64,000 nt of DNA, from positions 480,001-544,000 of the forward strand of contig CAVUKB010000007.1 of the NCBI GenBank assembly GCA_963741955.1, written 5' to 3'. Made by a program: the position numbers and the translations under genes. This stretch comes from an uncultured Acidobacteriota bacterium. Lineage in GTDB: Bacteria; Acidobacteriota; Thermoanaerobaculia; Gp7-AA8. Of the stretch, positions 56,610 to 64,000 are shown in pieces (position 1 is the first letter of the stretch; each line of letters opens with the position of its first letter). The notes beneath the pieces are model-generated. The model saw only the letters and a list, made by a program, of their open reading frames with translations. It was not told the DNA's origin and did no database searches.

Positions 56610-56851
56610 TTCGGCAACTCAAAAACTTCCCGGAAACGGTGAGGGAGGTGCGGCGGCAGCTGGCGCTCTCTCAGGAAGAACTGGCCCACGCCCTCGGGGT
56701 GAGCTTCGCCACGGTCAACCGCTGGGAGAACGGCAAGACGGTTCCTTCGAAGCTGGCGCAGAGGCAGTTCGAGCAGTTCTGCAAACACAGGAAGATCGAT
56801 CCGATCTCCGGCGAGTCTTCAAATAGATCGAGGCGGGATCGAGCTGAATGA
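56600..56851 (+). CDS. XRE/Cro HTH regulator
   Basis: LSQEELAHALGVSFATVNRWENG. Confidence 0.88.
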   Translation: MAMIRQLKNFPETVREVRRQLALSQEELAHALGVSFATVNRWENGKTVPSKLAQRQFEQFCKHRKIDPISGESSNRSRRDRAE

Positions 56852-56984
56852 GCAGGAAGACGGAAATAACAGTTCAGTGGATCTGATCCATTGACGACAT
56901 ACATCCCGTAAATGCGATCCCCGGCACGATCACGACGATGATCTTCCTTCTGATCGGACTCATGCGCCTTTGACCGTGTTTGCG

Positions 56985-57617
56985 TCAGCGCACCGGTGAA
57001 CCGACGGGAGGATGGGGAGACGACGCTCGATCGCCCGCCGTGCTCTCGACCCGGGCTGCATGCACGATGAACCGGTTCGGTGCGTGCCCTATGTAGCTGA
57101 ACGGAAAGCAGGTCACGAGGGTCAGCGTTTCGTCCTTCGTATCATCCAGGACGCGGGTGTCTTCCGGAGGAATCACCTCGACGGATTCGACGCGGTACTC
57201 GTAAATCACCGGCGGAACGAGGAGTCGAACCTCGTCGTGAATACGGATGTCGCGGAGGCCGCGAAAGAACGTGTCGCGATGGCCGGCGAGAACCGCGTTT
57301 CCTCTCCCTCCCGGGACCGCAGTTCCGCTCAGGTGCCCCACGGCGAGAGCGAGCGTCCGGTCGTCGGTCCCTTCGCGCACGATGGCCCGCACTCCGACGC
57401 GCGGGATCTCGATCCTTCCGATGACGAGCGGGTCGACGGCAACTTCGCCCCGAGCCGGGACGACAGCGCCATCGACGTGATGAACGATGGCGCGCTCCTG
57501 TTGCGCCTGGTAATCAACGCGGTGCACGGTCGCCGCGAAGGCTCCCCCAAGGAATACGATCCCCCCGAACGCGAGGGCGATCTCGATTGGGCGAAGCCTG
57601 TTCGCGGCGATCGTCAT
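56985..57617 (-). CDS. Class D sortase
   Basis: N-terminal TM, GNAVLAGHRDTFF, TLTLVTCFPF, catalytic Arg in NRFIV. Confidence 0.92.
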   Translation of the reverse strand: MTIAANRLRPIEIALAFGGIVFLGGAFAATVHRVDYQAQQERAIVHHVDGAVVPARGEVAVDPLVIGRIEIPRVGVRAIVREGTDDRTLALAVGHLSGTAVPGGRGNAVLAGHRDTFFRGLRDIRIHDEVRLLVPPVIYEYRVESVEVIPPEDTRVLDDTKDETLTLVTCFPFSYIGHAPNRFIVHAARVESTAGDRASSPHPPVGSPVR

Positions 57618-57619
57618 GA

Positions 57620-58297
57620 TTACGCGATCCTCATCACGCGAATCGCGATCGCGGCGCCGAGCAGCATCAGGCCGAGGGCAGCAAACAGTGGAACGTTGCT
57701 GGCTGTTCGCGGCATCGGGTGCTTGACCGCGATCTTTTCGACCTTCGCCATCTTCGGTGCCGGCACGGGCGCGACGTACGGCGCGATCTTCCTGTCAGGA
57801 GTCACGATGACGAGGGGGGAAGTCTTCAGATCTTCCGGCGGCGTTTCGGCCGCGTAAGCGACGACCGGTTCCTTCACGGTGCTCGCCAGTTCGATCGCGC
57901 GCTGCTGCGGATAGACGATGTCGTGTCCGCCACCACTCGCGGAATCGGGTGCGAACCAGGTTCTCAGAGCCCGCGGACCGGTGGTCGTGGGGTAGAAGAC
58001 GTATTCCGTGCTCTGCGGTGAGACCATCTCGGGGTACGCGTGTGGAATGGAAAGCACGGTTGCGAAGATCTTCGATCCGTCTTCATTCGTCACCTGCAAC
58101 AGGTTGCGGTTCTCGATGGCAGGAAGAACCCGGATGACGTACACACCAGGCGGAAGAATCGTTCCCCCGATGTCGATCGGCTCGGTCGTGCGCAAATAGG
58201 ATCCCTCGGGAATCGTTGCGAATGCGCTCGGCGTCGAGATCACACAGAAGATCAGCGCCAGTGCGCTCAGTGCCAGAATTTTACCTGCTGCTCTCAT
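57620..58297 (-). CDS. Secreted protein with sortase sorting signal (MPRTA + TM + basic tail)
   Basis: Signal peptide, LPPGVY, LRTWF, MPRTASNVPLFAALGLMLLGAAIAIRVMR; ends 2 bp before the sortase start. Confidence 0.85.
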   Translation of the reverse strand: MRAAGKILALSALALIFCVISTPSAFATIPEGSYLRTTEPIDIGGTILPPGVYVIRVLPAIENRNLLQVTNEDGSKIFATVLSIPHAYPEMVSPQSTEYVFYPTTTGPRALRTWFAPDSASGGGHDIVYPQQRAIELASTVKEPVVAYAAETPPEDLKTSPLVIVTPDRKIAPYVAPVPAPKMAKVEKIAVKHPMPRTASNVPLFAALGLMLLGAAIAIRVMRIA

Positions 58298-58638
58298 TTT
58301 CAAATGCCTCCTGCTGCTTTTTGTCGTCAGTGGGTGCCTTGTCTGCCGGACGACGAAATCCCGACCCACACGCGGAGCCGGACGGCATCGAGCAGACATT
58401 GCTGAAAGTTGTCAGAGTGGGGGCGGTCGTTCCGCTCCCAGCGTTGCGTGAACGTGAACTGAATCTAAGCTTCGGATGTGACTGGAGTAAGAGCACTTAC
58501 TACGCGCGCAATAAATGGCGCCCCAGTAGAAACTACTCCTTCGCGGCGAGCGCGACCGCGCCATTCGCCACCCGTACTCGAAGGATGGACGTGTGCGGAT
58601 CCCGAGGCGTGAGATCATCCCGGATGGAGGAGGGATCC

Positions 58639-59058
58639 GTGAACCGATCCATCGATGAATTCCACGTCGGACAGCACGTGCTGCTCACGAAGCGGTTCAC
58701 GGAAGACGATGTCCGGCGGTTCGTGGAGATCACCGGTGACGCGAATCCTCTCCACGTCGATGATGAATTCGCGGCATCGACGCGCTACGGCCGGCGCGTG
58801 CTGCACGGGATGCTGACTGCATCGCTCTTCTCGACGATGGTCGGCATGCTGCTTCCAGGCACCGGGGCGATCTACCGCTCGCAGACGCTCCGTTTCCTCC
58901 GGCCGGTGTACGTGGGCGATTCCGTCACGGCTCACTTCGTCGTGAGAAGCGTCGACCGTGAGAAGCACCGTCTCGAGATCGAGTCGTGGATCGAGAACGA
59001 AGAGGGTGAGCGCGTCGTGGAGGGCACCTGCGAAGCAGGGCTGCTTCGCGAGCGGTGA
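58639..59058 (+). CDS. MaoC/PhaJ-like (R)-hydratase
   Basis: TGDANPLHVD, HGML, FLRPVYVGD. Confidence 0.9.
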   Translation: MNRSIDEFHVGQHVLLTKRFTEDDVRRFVEITGDANPLHVDDEFAASTRYGRRVLHGMLTASLFSTMVGMLLPGTGAIYRSQTLRFLRPVYVGDSVTAHFVVRSVDREKHRLEIESWIENEEGERVVEGTCEAGLLRER

Positions 59059-59271
59059 GGTCGTTCTCGGGCCGCGGTTCGGGGCGCTGCGCGCCCGGTA
59101 CGGCAGAAGTCGTGCCCGCTCCAGGGGGTTCTGGCGAGCGCTCAAGGAGGGGCGTCAGGGCTCCTGCCCTGACGGCGCGCGCGGAGCGAGCGCGAAGACC
59201 GAGGGCGCTGCGCGACCGGGTGGGCAGAAGCCGGTGGTCGCCCCATAGTGTTGGCGATCAACCCGTTCCCT

Positions 59272-60306
59272 TCACCGCCGTGTGCTATCACCCTCGCCGC
59301 GGAGTTCGAGCAGGGTTCCTTCGAGCACCTCCGAGACCTTCTCCAGACGGAACTTCTCCGCGACTTCACGCCCGCGACGCCCCAGCTTCCGTCGCAGTTC
59401 CTCATCCATCAGCAGATCGAAGAGTTGATCGCCGAGTCCGACCGCGTCGTCCTCGCCGGCCCAGAGAGCGAAGTCCTTCCGTTCGTCGAACGCGAGAAAC
59501 GACGGGATACGCGTGAGTACCACCGGAAGAGCTGCGGCCATCGCTTCCACAGCGGGAAGACCGAAACCTTCTTCATGCCGGCTCGGACCGAGAAAGAGGT
59601 CACACGAGTGCACGAGCCGTGTCATTGCCTCCGCATCGAGGGCGACGTGGAATTCGGCGACGTGTTCGCGTACCGGCTCTTCGTTCGATGGAGCCCACGG
59701 AGAGACGCGAACCAGATCGAAGACTCCTCCCTGGGCGCGGGCGTGGAGCGCCGCTCCGTATCCGACGTCGACGCCTTTGAAGTCGATCTGCGATGCGCCG
59801 GCCAGAAGAACTCGGAGCGGTTCGTGCTCGGTGCCGCGGCCGGATCGATAGAACGACTGGTCGACGACCTGGCCGATCCAGAAGACCCGTGGGGTGAAGC
59901 GGCGGCAGACCTCGATCAGATGCGGTGAGACGACGAGCTTCGGGATCGGAAGCGCGTAGACGGCGTCGATCTCGCCCCGGATCTCCTGGTACGCGGTGAA
60001 CGCGCCTTCGTATCCCTGGCAGAGATGGATCGCGCGTTCGTGGGCGACGTTCCAGGCCGACCTCACCGTGGTCCAGAACGTGCCGATCACGAAGTCGAAG
60101 CTCGAGGCATCGATGGTGTCGAAGTCGTCGACGTACTTCCATTCGGCGCGGGAGCGGATCCAGCTCAGAGGAAGTCCCGGGGTGAAGATCGTGACTTCGT
60201 GTCCGCGCGCGATCAATCCGTCGGCGTGGGCGAGAACCACGCGAACGCCTCCGGAGAGGTCGGTGTCCGCGAGGAAGTAGGCGATCCTGAGAGGGCGCTC
60301 GAGCAT
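59272..60306 (-). CDS. Glycosyltransferase family 4
   Basis: SGGVRV, KGVD, EGFGLPAVEAMA. Confidence 0.88.
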   Translation of the reverse strand: MLERPLRIAYFLADTDLSGGVRVVLAHADGLIARGHEVTIFTPGLPLSWIRSRAEWKYVDDFDTIDASSFDFVIGTFWTTVRSAWNVAHERAIHLCQGYEGAFTAYQEIRGEIDAVYALPIPKLVVSPHLIEVCRRFTPRVFWIGQVVDQSFYRSGRGTEHEPLRVLLAGASQIDFKGVDVGYGAALHARAQGGVFDLVRVSPWAPSNEEPVREHVAEFHVALDAEAMTRLVHSCDLFLGPSRHEEGFGLPAVEAMAAALPVVLTRIPSFLAFDERKDFALWAGEDDAVGLGDQLFDLLMDEELRRKLGRRGREVAEKFRLEKVSEVLEGTLLELRGEGDSTRR

Positions 60307-60358
60307 GAGAACGGGCCGCCCCCCGGGGCGGCCGGGTGCGAGTGTACAATGAGCCGGG

Positions 60359-62104
60359 ATGTACGTCGCCACGCCTGACGGCAGATTTCGCGACGGATCG
60401 TGGGACGGTCCCGCCGCCAGAGAATCGAGCCGGAGACGCAGGGCTCAGTGGCTCGCTCTTCCTCTCCTGATGGCGATCGCGTTCGCCATCCATGCGCCGG
60501 CGCTCGACGGCTGGTGGCGGAACGACGATCCCCAGGTTCTGGTTCAGGCGGCGCGATACACGCCGGAGCAGATCCTCTTTTCACCGCACGCCTGGCGCAC
60601 CCTTTCCGCTTCGAATTTCACCCCGCTCGTCACGCTCTCTTTCCAGGGGGACCTTCACCTGGCGGGACTCCATCCCACCGCGTTCTATCTCCATCAGATC
60701 GCCGCGCTCGGCGTGGCGGCGTTCCTTCTGTTTCTTCTCGTCGCGCGGTTCACGAACTGGCTGTATGGAACGTATGCGGCCCTCATCTTTCTGCTGACGC
60801 CGATCACGGCTGTGGCGGCGCGATCGCTGATGCTCCGGCACTACGTCGAAGGCCTCGCGCTCGCGGTGGCGGCGACACTCTGCTGGATGAGGGGAGGGAA
60901 TCGCCCGGGAGCGGCGGGGTGGTTCTGGAGCGGAACCGGCGCACTGCTGTACCTCGGAGCCGCGCTGGCGAAGGAGGTCTACGCACCTCTCCCGCTGCTG
61001 ATGCTCGCCGGCGCGTTCGTCGCGGGGGAACGGATCCGGAGCATTGCGTTGCGGACGGTGCCGCTCGCGATTGCGGCCGGCGCGGACCTCCTCTGGCGCA
61101 ATGCCATGCTCGGAAGCTTCGGGGGCTACGGAGCGGCGCCGACGCGAGAGTCCCTCCTGGCCCTTCCATGGCGGGTGTGGAGCGGAGGCTTCGGCACCGG
61201 ATCGGTCTCCTGGGCGATCGTGGTCGTGACCCTGGCGGGAGCGGCCATCTTCGTGATGATGATGGAGCGGGAGCCGCGACGGACGCTGCTGGTTGCAGTG
61301 ACGATGGCGGCATTCGCGTTCGTTCCTCTGATCGCGGTCGCGACGGATCTCGATCCGCGCCATTCGTTCGCACTCACTGCCGGAGCAGTGGCGCTCCTCG
61401 CGATCGGCGCCGGGCGGTCGTCTCACGCGAAGAGTGCGATCGCGCTCCTGACCGTCATCGCCGTGGCGACCGGAGTGGCCGGCGTCCGGCAGGGAGTCGA
61501 GTATCAGCGTTGGGCGAAGCCGATGGAGGCGGAAGGGAAGTACGTCTGGAACGTCACCTCGTCTTCGCCGGCCCTCCTCGCGACCGCCTCCGTCGGTACT
61601 CCGTGGTATCTGGAGGGACTCGAGTGGCTGCGCTCGTTCAGCCATCGAGGCGGCGCGCCCCGCTTCATCGGATCGCTCACTCCGGTCGCGCTCGGTGAAA
61701 TGTCGCTCCAGTCACTGGTGCGTTTCAATCCGGAAAACAATCGCATCGAACCGGTATCCGACTCGCTCGTCCCGCTCGTTCGCGAGGATCGAAGCCGGTA
61801 TGATCGCGCAGCCGCACTCGAAGTGACGATCGGGCGGAAAGGGACGGTCCTTCATTGGTCGCTCGCCCCGAGAACGGCACGATTCACGTTCGTCTCCTAC
61901 CCCGGATATTTCGAGTTCCCGATCACGCCCGACGGGAGGTGGCGTGTTCCGGAACCGACTGAGAGGCAGCACTTCCGGATTCGAGGAGATCTCCCGGGGG
62001 GGAGTTGGACCATCTCTCCTCCTCTCACGGTGCCCGGGGATGGTCAGACGGTGAGATGGAGCCGAGCAGATGAGAATGACAGTGGAGTGTCCGTACTGCG
62101 GTGA
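60359..62104 (+). CDS. Polytopic membrane protein, GT-C fold-like
   Basis: WWRNDD after TM1, FTPL, LAKE, many TMs; start uncertain. Confidence 0.7.
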   Translation: MYVATPDGRFRDGSWDGPAARESSRRRRAQWLALPLLMAIAFAIHAPALDGWWRNDDPQVLVQAARYTPEQILFSPHAWRTLSASNFTPLVTLSFQGDLHLAGLHPTAFYLHQIAALGVAAFLLFLLVARFTNWLYGTYAALIFLLTPITAVAARSLMLRHYVEGLALAVAATLCWMRGGNRPGAAGWFWSGTGALLYLGAALAKEVYAPLPLLMLAGAFVAGERIRSIALRTVPLAIAAGADLLWRNAMLGSFGGYGAAPTRESLLALPWRVWSGGFGTGSVSWAIVVVTLAGAAIFVMMMEREPRRTLLVAVTMAAFAFVPLIAVATDLDPRHSFALTAGAVALLAIGAGRSSHAKSAIALLTVIAVATGVAGVRQGVEYQRWAKPMEAEGKYVWNVTSSSPALLATASVGTPWYLEGLEWLRSFSHRGGAPRFIGSLTPVALGEMSLQSLVRFNPENNRIEPVSDSLVPLVREDRSRYDRAAALEVTIGRKGTVLHWSLAPRTARFTFVSYPGYFEFPITPDGRWRVPEPTERQHFRIRGDLPGGSWTISPPLTVPGDGQTVRWSRADENDSGVSVLR

Positions 62105-62246
62105 GGCGAACGAGATCCTGGTCGATCCGACGGGAGGATCGGTGCAGCAGTACGTGGAAGACTGTCAGATCTGTTGCGCGCCATGGCAGGTGCTGGTGCG
62201 AACCGCACCGGCGCTCTCGGTCGAGCTGAGGAAGATCGACGACTAA
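62070..62246 (+). CDS. CPXCG-motif cysteine-rich small protein (58 aa, absent from the ORF track)
   Basis: MRMTVECPYCGEANEILVDPTGGSVQQYVEDCQICCAPW... Confidence 0.85.
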   Translation: MRMTVECPYCGEANEILVDPTGGSVQQYVEDCQICCAPWQVLVRTAPALSVELRKIDD

Positions 62247-62385
62247 CGCCGCGGAGTCGGCTGGCGGCGAGAGTCCGTCCGGATTCCCGGCGACTGCGCA
62301 CCGCTGCGCGCCTCGAATCCATCACGCCTCACGGTCCACCGCGCTGACTCCAAGCCCGGATTCCTGTCCGGTCGGGAGCGAATGC

Positions 62386-64000
62386 TCAATCTCCCGCAGG
62401 CACAGGCCGCGGACCGAGCGCGAGGAGGTTCTCGATCGGCATCGGCCGTTCCCGCCGCTTCATCACCACCAGTGAGAAGCGCGGCTTCTGCCACCACCGG
62501 TACGGCGCGTAGTCGAGCTGCAGGTATCGCCAGAGCGACTGGTCGTAGTCGACTCCGAACCCCTTCGATCCGAACTCGCGGAAGCTCCGGCCGACGACGA
62601 TGACCCACTCCGGGCGCGTCGCGATGAACTCCTCCATGATCCGCATCTCGACCGAGGATGTGTTTTCGAGAGGAATGAACGCGAACCAGGAGATCGATGT
62701 CGTACGCGACATGAAGTAGTTGAGCGCCAACCCCTCGGGGACGAGGACCATCTTCTCGCCGGGGGCAACGAAAGGCTGCCGGATGAAGTTGCCGAGGATC
62801 GCGGCGCGATCGGGATTGAGGTCATACAGCATTCCTTTGGGTGTTTCGATCGGATAGCGCCATCTGGAGAACTCGTCCCGTTGATGCAGAATCGACTGAA
62901 CGGAGAGGGCCGCGATCAGCGGGAGCCAGAGAAGCGCGGTCGAGGCCCGGTAGAGTCGCTTCTCCGGAAGCCACCGGAAAAGCGCCACCGCGATGGCCGG
63001 GTACAGAAGCACGGTGTAGAACGCGCCGTACCAGAACGGCATCAGATTCACGAAGACGCGGAGATTTCCCAGCACTGCAATCAGCACCAGCAGGAACAGC
63101 GGGCTTCGGCGCTCGCGGATCGCGAGATAGAGGAGAAGAATCGGAAGGAGGACGGTCCAGGCGCGAAAGAATCGATAGTTCGCCAGGAACCAGCTCGCGG
63201 TGGCGACGCCCGCCACCCCTGCCACGAAACCGCCGAAACGCACCCAGCGACGTTGACCGCTGCGAATCCGATCAACGAGCCAGAGCGAACCGGCCATCAA
63301 GGCGAAGAGAGCCGCGCCAACAAGCGCCTGTTCCAGGAGCGGCCGCCACTCGGACATCCCGGAAACGCGCTGGTAAAAAATCCTGGAGGGTGTGCTGATG
63401 AGAAGTGCGTCGTCCAGCACGTTGTCCCACAGCCACGAATGTCCGGGTTTCGAGTCGGAGAAGTAGAGCGAGACGGCGGTCAGTGAGGCAACCGCCACCG
63501 CCGCCGCGAACGCCAGCCGCCGGAGATCGATGCGATGGACGAGCGCCATCACCGCCGCCGAGACGAGCACCAGAACCGCGAACTCGAGTTTGGTCCACGC
63601 GGCGAGAAGTCCGAAGCCGGCAGCCATCGCGAAGTGGAGATCCGATCGACCGCGGAAGAGGTATTTCGCAAGGTACGAGAGATAGAGGAGCGTGAAGAGA
63701 GCGCCGATCGTCGCTGCGAATGCGTACGGGAGGATCCACGTGCTGTTGAGAGCCCCGGCGGAGGTGATGTTCCAGCAGATGAAGAGAAGAGTCACCGCCC
63801 AGGCGCCACTTCTTCCCGCCTGTCGAAGAGAGAGGCGGTAGAGCGTGATGGCCGCCGCCGCGGCAACCGCGATCCCGATTCCGATGAACATCGGCAGGCG
63901 GTCGCTGAGCCGGACGGGAATCGACAGAAGATACGGAGCGAGCGGAGGGAACTCGTATCGGATATCCCGGTAGAGCTTGTCGCCTGCCACGAGCCGGGTA
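62386..64000 (-). CDS. Polytopic membrane protein, GT-C/PMT-like, 5' truncated by the window end
   Basis: LYRDIRYEFPPLAPY, WTKLE, many TMs, C-terminal RPEWVIVV. Confidence 0.7.
   Translation of the reverse strand, partial: TRLVAGDKLYRDIRYEFPPLAPYLLSIPVRLSDRLPMFIGIGIAVAAAAAITLYRLSLRQAGRSGAWAVTLLFICWNITSAGALNSTWILPYAFAATIGALFTLLYLSYLAKYLFRGRSDLHFAMAAGFGLLAAWTKLEFAVLVLVSAAVMALVHRIDLRRLAFAAAVAVASLTAVSLYFSDSKPGHSWLWDNVLDDALLISTPSRIFYQRVSGMSEWRPLLEQALVGAALFALMAGSLWLVDRIRSGQRRWVRFGGFVAGVAGVATASWFLANYRFFRAWTVLLPILLLYLAIRERRSPLFLLVLIAVLGNLRVFVNLMPFWYGAFYTVLLYPAIAVALFRWLPEKRLYRASTALLWLPLIAALSVQSILHQRDEFSRWRYPIETPKGMLYDLNPDRAAILGNFIRQPFVAPGEKMVLVPEGLALNYFMSRTTSISWFAFIPLENTSSVEMRIMEEFIATRPEWVIVVGRSFREFGSKGFGVDYDQSLWRYLQLDYAPYRWWQKPRFSLVVMKRRERPMPIENLLALGPRPVPAGD

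Noticed and set aside
47964-56900. Single large genomic island or prophage
   Set aside because: Core genes (nadC, ssrA, diguanylate cyclase) lie between the elements; no integrase or phage genes

Overview
High-GC bacterial chromosomal window. The protein style suggests Acidobacteriota, possibly Thermoanaerobaculia (inference, not verified). It is mostly housekeeping and envelope genes: egtD, a betaine-type ABC importer, moeA, folE, an acyl-CoA dehydrogenase, two two-component systems, pabB/pabC, eno, a metal ABC pair, large secreted proteins (C25 peptidase, BNR and LVIVD propellers), mtgA, cutA, uvrA, cysK, a diguanylate cyclase, nadC, tmRNA with a small island remnant (MNT-HEPN TA), a class D sortase with an adjacent candidate substrate, and glycosyltransferases. 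The intergenic DNA is very rich in repeats: (1) an IS1380 element interrupted by ISL3; (2) 51-53 bp mini-elements with the same IS1380 ends and their own 4-bp target duplications; (3) five copies of a 161-bp hairpin MITE, four of them TA-flanked; (4) a frameshifted RAYT with GTGG REPs; (5) two further REP-like clusters; (6) an 8x122-bp tandem array; (7) a 126-bp dispersed repeat; (8) heptamer arrays upstream of six genes, all C-rich on the sense strand. No CRISPR array, reverse transcriptase, phage genes or integrase were seen. All calls come from reading the sequence by eye; no searches were run.
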